Positions 1 through 9,154 of a stretch of DNA of 64,000 nt are shown here, piece by piece; position 1 is the first letter of the stretch; every line of letters begins with the position of its first letter. The position numbers were made by a program, and so were the translations under genes. The stretch lies in the NCBI GenBank assembly GCA_017962125.1, contig JAGCVZ010000008.1:10677-74676 (forward strand). Reading direction: 5' to 3'. The notes beneath the pieces were generated by a model, which worked only from the letters and a program-made list of their open reading frames with translations, searched no databases and was not told where the DNA came from. Origin of the DNA: Alphaproteobacteria bacterium (lineage in GTDB: Bacteria > Pseudomonadota > Alphaproteobacteria > Rs-D84).

Positions 1-110
1 TTCGAAAAATTCCACACAAGGTCCGCGGCTTAATTGTTTTGACTTTAAAACATTTTCTACCGCTTTAAATTCTTTTCTGTTTATATTGGGTCGAAACAAC
101 GGAATTTTTT

Positions 111-959
111 TCATAGTTCTTTTTGCTTGGTATTATTACAGATTTGAGTGATTAAATTTTTATTATATGTCGCAATTAATTTTGGATTTTCAAACGGTCT
201 GTTTGTGTCCTGTTTACCATAAGTTACAGGTTTCCCATACATATCAACTATGACAGGCGTTTGACTTTTGTGAGCATAACGTAATATCGCATCATAAGCC
301 GCAATATCCCATTCATATTGCCGATGGAATAACGGCATAATATCGCCCTGGCCAGATAATATCAATGCGGGGTTCGGTGCCCCCAATGTTTCTGTGAATT
401 TTGTTATATTAAATTGCCGCAAATACTGTTTTATAGGTTCTGGATCTGGGGACGCGTTGGTTATTATTCCACGCAAATTTTTGCTACACAAACTATATTT
501 AAGCGTTTTCTTTTTACTTTCCTTTACAAAATATGATCCTGTTATGGATGAAGCGGCATATATTATATTTTGTTCTGGAAAACAAGCAAGCCCTATAACA
601 GGTTTACCCCTGTAAATTAATGATATTAAAATAGAATACGGTCCAGTATCATGAGAAAAGCAGAAAGAACCATCCAATGGGTCTATACACCAAAACGTAT
701 CAGAAGTTAACCTTGTATGATATTCTTCTGAGATAATAGGAAAATCGCTAATTAAACGGATTTTTTTGTGTAAAAAGTCGGACATTAAAAAGTCTTCATT
801 TTCTGCAGGTGTTTCTGTGACAGATATTATTTCGTCCAGGTCAAAAGGCAAAAAACCGTTTTTATAGATATCTTTGCGAATTTGTTGAGCATATTTACCA
901 GATTCTGAAATAATTTCAAAAGAATCATTTAGTAATTTGTTTATATCAAGTTCCATCAT
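111..959 (-). CDS. Inositol-monophosphatase / CysQ-type bisphosphate nucleotidase family phosphatase
   Basis: 282-aa ORF. 'WCIDPLDGS' fits the W-x-(I/V)-DP-(I/L)-DG metal-binding motif of the IMPase/FBPase superfamily. Its start overlaps the stop of the upstream ORF by 4 nt (operon). Confidence 0.6.
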   Translation of the reverse strand: MMELDINKLLNDSFEIISESGKYAQQIRKDIYKNGFLPFDLDEIISVTETPAENEDFLMSDFLHKKIRLISDFPIISEEYHTRLTSDTFWCIDPLDGSFCFSHDTGPYSILISLIYRGKPVIGLACFPEQNIIYAASSITGSYFVKESKKKTLKYSLCSKNLRGIITNASPDPEPIKQYLRQFNITKFTETLGAPNPALILSGQGDIMPLFHRQYEWDIAAYDAILRYAHKSQTPVIVDMYGKPVTYGKQDTNRPFENPKLIATYNKNLITQICNNTKQKEL

Positions 960-1930
960 CTTCCTTCCATATATAATTCGTAAACGTTTGGATTTTTCTT
1001 AATAAGTTCAATTAATTTATCAGTTTGTATATCGGCACAATTTTGTCTGCTTTTACCCATTTGTAAACCGTTTATGCCATGTAACGCAGGTGTGTATAAA
1101 ATATATGTTGGTTTCATAGTAATATTATATGCTTGGTATAATGCATACCTGCTGTCAAAATCTCTTTCTTTATAATGATCTAATCCACTGATACACAAAT
1201 CTATATCATAGTATTTTATACGTGGCAGTGCCAAAACCTTGTGATACAACCAATAGTATAAATCGTGGTAATTATGGGTTCCTTGGTACGAACAATCTGG
1301 ACATACTAGTTTGATATTATCTGGGGCTATAACTTTCGCTTGTGTGCGCGCAGATGTACATTTTGGACATATAGGATTACAATATGTGTACGGGAAACTT
1401 TTATGCAAAGGAAAACCAAGGTTTTGCATTATATTTCCTAATAGGTTTGGGTTTTTAATAGTTTTTAACACAACTTCTTTCATAATTGGCAAATCGCGCA
1501 TACTGGAGTTACGCACACATTGTATAGAAACATTTGGAAAACGCATTTGTACTTCTTGGACAGACGAATATATAACGTGTTCCCAATAATCCACATCGTG
1601 GGCAGGATCTTTTGAAAATTGGAAAGTTGTAAACTGGGGAATCACATTAAAAGGATATTCTTTCCAGTTCGTTTTTTCGGGGTCAAATCTTGTTTGTTCC
1701 CAATCATTTAAAAATACAAAAAAATTGAATTGCGCTTTCTTATTATTTTTCTCTAATTCTTCGCAAAGTAATATAGGATACGCAACGAAAGGAATTTTAT
1801 TGCCAGCATGAAATCCGTATGGCTTTATTCCCAAAAAAATGTTTTCTGTTCCTTTAAATTCCTTTGCAATTTCTTTTAACCCGTCCATTAAAAGATAAGG
1901 CTTGTGTTCCAACATAATCATATTCTCCAT
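956..1930 (-). CDS. Class-I aminoacyl-tRNA-synthetase-like protein (HIGH/KMSKS-like motifs, Cys4 ribbon), possible truncated class-I LysRS paralogue
   Basis: 324-aa ORF. 'GIKPYGFHAGN' resembles the class-I LysRS HIGH region (G-x-x-PSG-x-xHIGN) and 'LQMGKSRQN' resembles KMSKS. It carries 'CPKC...CPDC'. It is too short to include an anticodon-binding domain. Confidence 0.35.
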   Translation of the reverse strand: MENMIMLEHKPYLLMDGLKEIAKEFKGTENIFLGIKPYGFHAGNKIPFVAYPILLCEELEKNNKKAQFNFFVFLNDWEQTRFDPEKTNWKEYPFNVIPQFTTFQFSKDPAHDVDYWEHVIYSSVQEVQMRFPNVSIQCVRNSSMRDLPIMKEVVLKTIKNPNLLGNIMQNLGFPLHKSFPYTYCNPICPKCTSARTQAKVIAPDNIKLVCPDCSYQGTHNYHDLYYWLYHKVLALPRIKYYDIDLCISGLDHYKERDFDSRYALYQAYNITMKPTYILYTPALHGINGLQMGKSRQNCADIQTDKLIELIKKNPNVYELYMEGR

Positions 1931-3048
1931 TTTTTACAAATATCTTCAAAGATAAATTTTGCACCACTTGTTCCATATGTTTTTAATAAATTATATTGTT
2001 TGTTTGTGTCCGGTACAGACGAAACAGTTTGTTGAAATAATTCTACAAATTTATCTATTGTTTTCTTAGATTGTTTTACATCGTTTGCCATTTTATTGAT
2101 TTTTATAATCGCATCGTATTCCGGCAGACCCAAAATATCCAAATCTTTATCAATAACAGATTCCCATGTAATATCTGTGCCATTTGCATCAAATTGCTTG
2201 AATATATTGTGATTAACCCATTGGCTGAGATTAGTGGGCATTATAAAATTTATCGGTGTTTTAAAATAAATAGATTCTATGGTCGTGTTTAACCCGGGTG
2301 TACTTATGCACAATTCTGAAAGTGAAAGTTTACGTAAAAAAGCACCTTTTGATAAACTTATAAATTCTATATTGGGCGAAGATACATGTTGTTTTAAATA
2401 ATTTAATCCGTCATTTCCACCACAAACAGTAATATATTTCTGAGTTTCATTTAGGGCAACAGATATTAAATCCAGATAATCAGTAGGTGGATTATCGCTC
2501 AATGGTGATTTTAACCCGCCCAGTTGCAACAGCACACCCTGGCGGTTTTTCTTGCTTTTTTGTATAAAATCCAATGCATTATCAATTATAAGCGGGGTAA
2601 TAATCGCATTTTTATGTCCAGAGGTTTTTTCTGAAACCGTAGGAAAATCACTTGCATAATACATGTCTGCTTTCAGATAATCGTCCGGAATTTTATCCCA
2701 CAAATATGTCAACGTATCTATGAAACATGATGGTATTCCCAATTTATACGCAGCCAAAACGGCAAATCTATTCAAAGAACTGACTACATACGGATCTGGA
2801 TATTCTTTTAATAATTTTATTATTTCTGAGACATTGCGTTGATCTGCATCTATTATTGTTAGTGTTTTATAATCTTCTAGAATTTCTTTACACAAGCCAC
2901 GTGCAATAACGTAAATTTGTATATTTTTGAGATTTAAAAAATGGCGCAAAACCGCCATCATAGTCGCCGTGGGACCATAACCAAAAGGGTTAGAAAAAAA
3001 CAACAAACTTTTCATAAATAACCGTTGTTTTCTGCTTTGAGTGTACAA
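1918..3048 (-). CDS. GT-B-fold glycosyltransferase-like protein
   Basis: 376-aa ORF. The Gly-rich N-terminus 'FFSNPFGYGPTATMMAV' and two-lobed length are typical of MurG/UDP-glycosyltransferase-like enzymes. The track start at 3048 is TTG; the first ATG is at 3015. It overlaps the downstream ORF by 13 nt. Confidence 0.3.
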   Translation of the reverse strand: MYTQSRKQRLFMKSLLFFSNPFGYGPTATMMAVLRHFLNLKNIQIYVIARGLCKEILEDYKTLTIIDADQRNVSEIIKLLKEYPDPYVVSSLNRFAVLAAYKLGIPSCFIDTLTYLWDKIPDDYLKADMYYASDFPTVSEKTSGHKNAIITPLIIDNALDFIQKSKKNRQGVLLQLGGLKSPLSDNPPTDYLDLISVALNETQKYITVCGGNDGLNYLKQHVSSPNIEFISLSKGAFLRKLSLSELCISTPGLNTTIESIYFKTPINFIMPTNLSQWVNHNIFKQFDANGTDITWESVIDKDLDILGLPEYDAIIKINKMANDVKQSKKTIDKFVELFQQTVSSVPDTNKQYNLLKTYGTSGAKFIFEDICKKWRI

Positions 3049-3537
3049 AATAATTTAACGGAATCAAGTATTTTTAATAAGTAATTATTTTTTGTTTTTT
3101 GATGTATTAGTTTTTATCCCCAACTTTTTATATCTGTACATTATGGCATAAAAAAACGATGCAAAATCCCCATTGTTTCCTATTTTATTCTTGTTGTGCA
3201 TCTTTTAATACTGCTAAACTTATACCAGAAATAGAGCCGGTTTGAGCAACGGAATTACCCCGTATCGTTGCCGGCTCTATCTTTATTTCTTTAACTTTAT
3301 TTTCTGCAAAATTCTTATTTGCTTCGGGATATATAGAAATGGCTAAAAAAACGGTAACAAAATTGAGATATTATGAACCTGATATATACGCCTGCGAATC
3401 TAAAAAATAATTAAAACAATATCCAAATCTATGTTCAAGGCGATAGATAAATTCAGAAAAGCACCGACACGTTTTACAGAAACGTTTTTAAAAGCGAGAT
3501 GGCAGTATAAGTTTCAAAAAAAACTTTTGCGCGGTCA

Positions 3538-4572
3538 TTAAAACACATACTTAAATTCTGCGCCGCCGTTCCAACCACTGTGTGCACCATCATGACGTCC
3601 AAAGTTTATATTTAAACTAAATTCGTTAAATGTTTGCGAAAGACTTATTCCGTATTCAAAATAGTTGTTAATGTTTAATTTTGATAAAGTCTCACTATTT
3701 GCCCGCTGTCTGCCACCTCCAACAAAGTTCATAATATAACCAAAATGCCCGCCAACAGACAATCCATCGCCAATGTTACTTAAAACATCAAACATCGGCG
3801 AAAGTTCAAATAAATTGAAATCCTTGCCGGTAACCTTGACACTACCATCAGATTTATAACTTGCCGAATTCATCCAGGTATAGCCAGCACGTAATGACGG
3901 TCGCAACAAAACCGTATCATAAAAATTGTACGAATACGCCACATTACCAATGATGCCAGCATAGAAATTATTAAAACCATCGCGATGTACTGATGCGCCA
4001 ATATCATTAGCAGCAAATCCAAAATCCGCCATACCAGATAACTCTATATCACCGAATTTTTTACCAACATATGCCCCAATAAACGCGCCATCATTGTCTA
4101 TATCTAAAACATCGTTTTTCGTGTGCGACCCTGCATACCCACCAAAGAATTGAAGTCTTGTCGCATTAAATTCATTAGCATAAGCGGCGAAAATCAAATC
4201 GGACGTGTTTTTAACATGAGGATGCGATTTAAATTTTATTTTATCATAAGAATGTTGCCATCCGATACGTAAATTGTTATCTGATATGTCACCTCCATTA
4301 CGTCCAGAAACCAACGGTAACACTCCTGTATCATCTCCGAATTCACCATAATACAACATCTCTCCATATTCATCTGCGTCTAGTTCTTTTTCAGAAGTTC
4401 TTGAAAATGCGGACGGAACCTCTGATATCATAGGCACAAACACCCGATTAGCAATTTCGTGCTGAGTTGTTGCGATATTGTGCGCAGAAATTGAATTTCC
4501 ATATAAGCCAAAATTCGCAGAATGTGCCACAGATGTTAACAAAATTCCTATTAAAGCATATTGTATTTTCAT
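3538..4572 (-). CDS. Outer-membrane beta-barrel protein
   Basis: Signal peptide 'MKIQYALIGILLTSVAHSA' after a GGAGAG RBS. Gly/aromatic-rich alternating strands. The C-terminus 'GGAEFKYVF' ends in Phe, as in OMP barrels. Confidence 0.55.
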   Translation of the reverse strand: MKIQYALIGILLTSVAHSANFGLYGNSISAHNIATTQHEIANRVFVPMISEVPSAFSRTSEKELDADEYGEMLYYGEFGDDTGVLPLVSGRNGGDISDNNLRIGWQHSYDKIKFKSHPHVKNTSDLIFAAYANEFNATRLQFFGGYAGSHTKNDVLDIDNDGAFIGAYVGKKFGDIELSGMADFGFAANDIGASVHRDGFNNFYAGIIGNVAYSYNFYDTVLLRPSLRAGYTWMNSASYKSDGSVKVTGKDFNLFELSPMFDVLSNIGDGLSVGGHFGYIMNFVGGGRQRANSETLSKLNINNYFEYGISLSQTFNEFSLNINFGRHDGAHSGWNGGAEFKYVF

Positions 4573-4650
4573 AATATCTCTCCAATTTTCTGCATACATT
4601 ATATCACGAAAAGGATAATATGAAAACAGGAAAAGTTTTTATTGTTAAGT

Positions 4651-5238
4651 ATGAAAAAATTTTTTAATATGCGAAACATGAAAAACGAATTGAAAATAGA
4701 TAAACCGATAGTTATGGTCGGCCTAATGGGGGCCGGTAAGACAAGTGTTGGACGGGCGTTAGCGCATCATCTTGGGGTGCCGTTTGTTGATTCTGATAAA
4801 GAAATCGAACGCGCCGCCGGGTGCAGCGTTGTTGACATATTCGCAATGTATGGCGAAACCGAATTTCGTCGGGTCGAAGAACGCGTTGTGCGACGGCTGT
4901 TGGATTCTGAACCGCGGGTCAAGGTTTTGTCCACTGGCGAAGGCGCATTTATAACGCCGGAAATTCGGGACAAGGTTTTAAAAGATGCAATTAGTATTTG
5001 GCTCAAGGCAGACTTGGATTTGTTGTTTAAACGGACACAATTTCGTAATACGCGTCCGCAACTTTTGCACACGGATAGTAAAAAAATCCTTGCCCAATTG
5101 ATTGCAGAGCGGTATAACACATATGCAATGGCGGACATAACTGTGGAAACGTTCGACGAAAATTTGCGTAAGACGCTTGGCACGGTAATCGATGCTTTGC
5201 GCGAACACATCAAACAAAAAGGAAATAAACATGAGTAA
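4651..5238 (+). CDS. aroK: Shikimate kinase
   Basis: 'VMVGLMGAGKTSVGRALA' P-loop, followed by 'FVDSD..IE' and 'GETEFR..E', typical of AroK. About 195 aa. The first ATG is at 4651; the track start at 4642 is TTG. Confidence 0.85.
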   Translation: MKKFFNMRNMKNELKIDKPIVMVGLMGAGKTSVGRALAHHLGVPFVDSDKEIERAAGCSVVDIFAMYGETEFRRVEERVVRRLLDSEPRVKVLSTGEGAFITPEIRDKVLKDAISIWLKADLDLLFKRTQFRNTRPQLLHTDSKKILAQLIAERYNTYAMADITVETFDENLRKTLGTVIDALREHIKQKGNKHE

Positions 5239-5752
5239 ATTTTTAAAAGAATTCCGGGAATTTGCGGAGCGTGGTAGTGCAATCGATATGGCCATCGGTA
5301 TCATCGTTGGCTCTGTATTGACCAGTGTTGTGAACTCACTTGTCGCCGATGTTATTATGCCACCGATTGGACTTTTGATTGGCGGTATCGATTTTTCACA
5401 GTTCTTTATTGTTCTGTCAGGTGGCGCGGGGCAGAGTTTTAATACGTTGGCTGAGGCCCAGGCCGCCGGTGCCAAGACGATGAACATTGGGCTATTTTTG
5501 AATACTTTGGTAAGTTTCATAATCACGATGTTTGCGGCCTTCCTTATTGTGCGGACCGTCAACAAGATGAAAACCAAAAAGGCCGTAACAACGCGTGCGT
5601 GCCCGTATTGCAAGCAGACTGTGGATATGACCGCAACAAAGTGTCCACATTGCTGTTCAGAATTAGAAGCTGGTGAAATTAAACCCGCCGAAGAAAGTGA
5701 TTTGAACAAGGGACTTAAAAAGTTAAAGAAAATTGTAAGATTAAAGAAATAA
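5231..5752 (+). CDS. mscL: Large-conductance mechanosensitive channel MscL with C-terminal Cys4 extension
   Basis: 'FLKEFREFAERGSAIDMAIGIIVGSVLTSVVNSLVADVIMPPIGLLIGGIDFS' is the canonical MscL N-terminus/TM1. ATG at 5231. The tail carries 'CPYCKQTV..TKCPHCCSEL'. Confidence 0.85.
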   Translation: MSKFLKEFREFAERGSAIDMAIGIIVGSVLTSVVNSLVADVIMPPIGLLIGGIDFSQFFIVLSGGAGQSFNTLAEAQAAGAKTMNIGLFLNTLVSFIITMFAAFLIVRTVNKMKTKKAVTTRACPYCKQTVDMTATKCPHCCSELEAGEIKPAEESDLNKGLKKLKKIVRLKK

Positions 5753-5757
5753 GAAAT

Positions 5758-5779
5758 CGCCCCAAACGGGGCGTTTTTT
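5758..5779. terminator. Bidirectional intrinsic terminator
   Basis: Hairpin 'cgcccc aaac ggggcg' flanked by an A-run and a T-run, between the convergent genes mscL and ORF 5778-6302. Confidence 0.7.
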
Positions 5780-6302
5780 ATTTCGATTTTTCCGAATAAT
5801 TTATATTTTGGGTTAGTAATAAACGTTTTTTAATTTCATCCAATTTGGTGATTGTTTCTTGAATTTCATCATCATTCATTACTGTGCTGTGTGTATGAGC
5901 AAGCTCTGTTAAATAGAATTGAAGGTTATACACGCTGTCGTTAATAGTTTCTTCAAATGGATTTTTAAAATTTTTTCCATTTGCTTTGGTTTGGATAGCC
6001 TTGGACAGTTCAACATAATCTTTATCAAGTCCAACTAAATGTTTTCTGATAGGTACCGGTATATAAAGTGTTGTTCCTGGTTCTGTAAATATTAATTCCT
6101 GGCCGTACCCCTTGATAAAATGTTTACTGCGTGCCAATTCGTTATTTTCAAGTTTATATGGTCCAAACTCATAAATAGTTACAAAATCGTGGTCGTATCC
6201 ATGCGCATGATTAAAATCGCCGGCGCATATTTGCCCATTTGGATATGACACCGCAACGGGGTATTTTTGCAAGGCGGCATACATACTAATAAGTTGTTCC
6301 AT
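5778..6302 (-). CDS. Hypothetical protein
   Basis: 174-aa ORF filling the gap between the terminator and tRNA-His. No recognisable motif. Confidence 0.5.
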   Translation of the reverse strand: MEQLISMYAALQKYPVAVSYPNGQICAGDFNHAHGYDHDFVTIYEFGPYKLENNELARSKHFIKGYGQELIFTEPGTTLYIPVPIRKHLVGLDKDYVELSKAIQTKANGKNFKNPFEETINDSVYNLQFYLTELAHTHSTVMNDDEIQETITKLDEIKKRLLLTQNINYSEKSK

Positions 6303-6409
6303 AATATGTCCTTTTTCTTTGATTTGTTGACATTATGTATTGTTTTTGGCAGATGTAAAGAAAAATCTTGAAAACCGGATTTTTTAATGATAGACTGTGC
6401 CACGCACAT

Positions 6410-6487
6410 GGCGGATGTAGCTCAGCTGGTTAGAGCGTCGGTTTGTGGTACCGAATGTCGCCGGTTCGAATCCGGTCATCCGCCCCA
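6410..6487 (+). tRNA. tRNA-His (GTG) with genome-encoded G-1 and CCA
   Basis: Hand-folded cloverleaf. G-1, acceptor stem GCGGATG/CATCCGC, C73. Anticodon stem TCGGT/ACCGA with loop TTGTGGT (anticodon GTG). T-arm GCCGG TTCGAAT CCGGT. Encoded 3' CCA. Confidence 0.9.
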
Positions 6488-6498
6488 TTATAAAAAAG

Positions 6499-6521
6499 CG
6501 TCCCATTTGGGGCGATTTTTT
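6499..6521 (+). terminator. Intrinsic terminator after tRNA-His
   Basis: 'cgtccc attt ggggcg' followed by 'atttttt'. Confidence 0.65.
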
Positions 6522-6524
6522 ATA

Positions 6525-6760
6525 ATCGTGAATGTTCGAGTTTGAACCGGCGAAGCAGCCGGTTCGAAATGTTGAAACAAGGCAGACGGAGTATGCTGGT
6601 CCACCGTAGCGTTTTGCGAAGGTGGATGTTTCAACATTGGCGAAGCAATCCGGTCATCACACTTCACCACTTCGCTAAAGTTTTGTGGCGCAGACGCCAA
6701 GGTTTCGTGCGACAGGTCCTCCTCATTGTTTTTACTGTTATAAAGTTGCGTGCTACGACT
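6525..6760. repeat. GC-rich nested palindromic repeat region
   Basis: Hairpins 'gaaccggc gaagca gccggttc', 'aatgttgaaaca ... tgtttcaacatt' (12-bp inverted repeat) and 'tccacc...ggtgga'. Recurring 'ggcgaagc' and 'gcagacgg' words are shared with the elements at 13.33 kb and 57.22 kb. Confidence 0.55.
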
Positions 6761-6812
6761 TTTTATTGACATTGTGATGATGTTTTTATAGTATTCAGCG
6801 GAGGTTTTATAA

Positions 6813-7037
6813 ATGTTGTGGTCGACGAAAAAAGATTTATCTGTTTTGAAAGCTTTGGAATATCTGATTAATGCTCAACACGGGTACATGGACGAGTTAA
6901 AAAAGATGCCTTTGTTTAGTGATAAAATAATCCAGGAATTTTGTTCGATGTCTTTTATGAAAACGGGTTATACACAGCAAAAACAAACTTGGGCTGTTTT
7001 GCCGTTTGCTGAAAAGTTTTATTCAATAGTGAAATGA
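6813..7037 (+). CDS. Hypothetical small protein
   Basis: 74-aa ORF in otherwise unassigned DNA. No motif found. Confidence 0.3.
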   Translation: MLWSTKKDLSVLKALEYLINAQHGYMDELKKMPLFSDKIIQEFCSMSFMKTGYTQQKQTWAVLPFAEKFYSIVK

Positions 7038-7102
7038 TTTGCTTTTTGTGCATTTCCTTTTCTCTTGCTATGCTGGTTGTTTTTTTTGTATTTTAGTTAT
7101 GT

Positions 7103-9154
7103 ATGAAAAAAGAACTGTTTGATTTTTTGACGACGGATCTGCAATTTATTCGCGGGGTTGGGCCGGTGTTGGCGGCGCGGTTCTTTGATTTGTTGGGCAA
7201 TCGGCGGATTTTGGATTTCTTGCTGCACATCCCAGTTTATGTAAAGGAACGCGGTGTCATCGACAGTGTCGCGACCGCGATGCCGGGCGAGATTGTCACG
7301 ACTATGGTTCGGGTAAAGGCGCATAAAATAGGGCGCACTTTTGGTCGTCGGCGTAGCCCAACGCGCATAACATGTGTTGATAAAGTTGGTCAAACAGTTA
7401 TTATTCAATTCTTTAATTCGAACTTTTTGGATTATTGGCTGAAAAAATTGCCGATTGGCGAGTGGCGCATGATAAGTGGTAAATTGGAACAATCCGCAAC
7501 GCCGACGATTAATCATCCTGAATTTATCGAAGAAATTCAAGACGCAGATAAAATTCCAAAGATTCAAGCAATTTATCGCGCTGGCGAAGGAATTACACAA
7601 AAGACATTTACGAACATTCGTGATCAGATTTTTGCCGCCTTGCCTGACAAAATTATTGGCGAAGATGAACACTTGGTGGAATTTTTTGATGCGCTACGCG
7701 CCGCGCACTATGCGCAAAGTAATAACGAATTAAAATCTATGTCGGATATAATCGTAAAATTGGCATATTTCGAATTATTGGCGCACCAAGTTGCAATCGC
7801 CGCCAATCGTCGTACGCGCAAAGACGAACGGCATAAACGATGCGTGCGTGCAAAAAAATACGACTTGTTGCCACGATTCTATGAATCTTTGCCGTTTGAT
7901 TTGACAGGGGCCCAGAAACGGGCGATTGATGAGATTGCGCGTGATATTTCGTATGATTTTCCAATGATGCGGTTGGTCCAAGGTGATGTTGGTTGTGGCA
8001 AAACTATGGTTGCGATGGCTGCAATGGTTATGATGGCGGAATTAGGCGCACAAACGGCGTTACTTGCACCGACCGACACATTGGCACAGCAACACTATGC
8101 GAAACTAAAGCCTCTGTGCGATAAATTAGGACTGGTTTGTGAGATTTTAACTGGTCGTGACAAAGGCGCGGTGCGTCGTGAAAAATTGATATCGTTGCGT
8201 TCTGGGCGCACGCGATTGGTTGTTGGAACACATGCTTTGTTTTCTGATGATGTGGAATACAAAGATTTAGGGTTGGTTATAATTGATGAACAACACCGCT
8301 TTGGCGTTGCACAGCGTGAGGCATTGCGTGCGAAAGGAAATAACCCAGATGTTCTTGCGTTGTCGGCTACACCTATACCGCGAACATTGTCTATGACCAT
8401 TTACGGGGATATGGATGTTTCAATTATCAATGAAAAGCCTGCTGGACGCATACCGATAAAAACGACAAAATTGCCACTTTCGCGAATTGATGCTTTGATA
8501 GACCGCCTGCAGATCCAGGTTGTTGGTGGTGCCAAGGTTTTCTGGATTTGCCCATTAGTTGTTGATTCTATGGAATCTGATGCAACCGCGGCGGAACATC
8601 GTTATGACGAGTTGAAAAAAGTGTTTACTTGTGTCGGGCTTGTGCATGGTCAAATGTCCAAGGATGAACGTGACAAAGTGATGGCTGAATTTGCACGGCC
8701 TGGGACTGATATAAAAATACTTGTTGCTACAACTGTTGTTGAAGTTGGAATTGATGTTCCTGATGCAACAATAATTGTAATTGAAAATGCTGAACGATTT
8801 GGGCTTGCGGCGTTGCATCAACTGCGTGGTCGTGTTGGTCGCGGTTTGGCGCAATCGTATTGCATTTTACTTTATGGTGACAATATATCACCCGATGGTA
8901 TGAAACGTCTTGATGTGCTGACTGAAACAGAAGATGGTTTTGTAATTGCTGAACAAGATTTAATAATGCGTGGTGTTGGGGAATTATTGGGTACACGACA
9001 ATCAGGATGGGTAAATTATCATTTTGTTGATTATCGTGATCATCGGGATTTGTTCAAATTGGCGGCGCGTGCGGCATCTGATATGATTGATATTGAATCA
9101 TGGGTAAAAGATTTAATGTTCATATTTGATCGCACATTAAAGATAGGTGTCTGA
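7103..9154 (+). CDS. recG: ATP-dependent DNA helicase RecG
   Basis: 683 aa. N-terminal wedge/OB region, 'QGDVGCGKT' Walker A, 'VIIDEQHRFGV' DEQH box, 'LSATPIPRTL', 'QLRGRVGRG' and the C-terminal 'RGVGELLGTRQSG' TRG motif. Confidence 0.95.
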   Translation: MKKELFDFLTTDLQFIRGVGPVLAARFFDLLGNRRILDFLLHIPVYVKERGVIDSVATAMPGEIVTTMVRVKAHKIGRTFGRRRSPTRITCVDKVGQTVIIQFFNSNFLDYWLKKLPIGEWRMISGKLEQSATPTINHPEFIEEIQDADKIPKIQAIYRAGEGITQKTFTNIRDQIFAALPDKIIGEDEHLVEFFDALRAAHYAQSNNELKSMSDIIVKLAYFELLAHQVAIAANRRTRKDERHKRCVRAKKYDLLPRFYESLPFDLTGAQKRAIDEIARDISYDFPMMRLVQGDVGCGKTMVAMAAMVMMAELGAQTALLAPTDTLAQQHYAKLKPLCDKLGLVCEILTGRDKGAVRREKLISLRSGRTRLVVGTHALFSDDVEYKDLGLVIIDEQHRFGVAQREALRAKGNNPDVLALSATPIPRTLSMTIYGDMDVSIINEKPAGRIPIKTTKLPLSRIDALIDRLQIQVVGGAKVFWICPLVVDSMESDATAAEHRYDELKKVFTCVGLVHGQMSKDERDKVMAEFARPGTDIKILVATTVVEVGIDVPDATIIVIENAERFGLAALHQLRGRVGRGLAQSYCILLYGDNISPDGMKRLDVLTETEDGFVIAEQDLIMRGVGELLGTRQSGWVNYHFVDYRDHRDLFKLAARAASDMIDIESWVKDLMFIFDRTLKIGV

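Noticed and set aside
3049-3537. Possible small gene or sRNA around the long hairpin 'atagagccgg...ccggctctat' (3231-3295)
   Set aside because: - The only open frame across it lacks any plausible start codon.
- Neither strand has a convincing promoter plus U-run.
- I note it as structure only, not as a feature.
4767-5709. Minus-strand ORFs 4767-5282 (171 aa) and 4978-5709 (243 aa)
   Set aside because: They are antisense to the confidently identified aroK and mscL genes and have no motifs. They are typical shadow ORFs.
6488-6772. ORFs 6488-6772 (-) and 6542-6769 (+) after tRNA-His
   Set aside because: They are mutually antisense ORFs across nested palindromes with no RBS. They are better explained as a repeat element.
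7097-9000. Numerous 60-190-aa ORFs on both strands within 7.1-9.0 kb
   Set aside because: All lie inside or antisense to recG, which is continuous and motif-complete.
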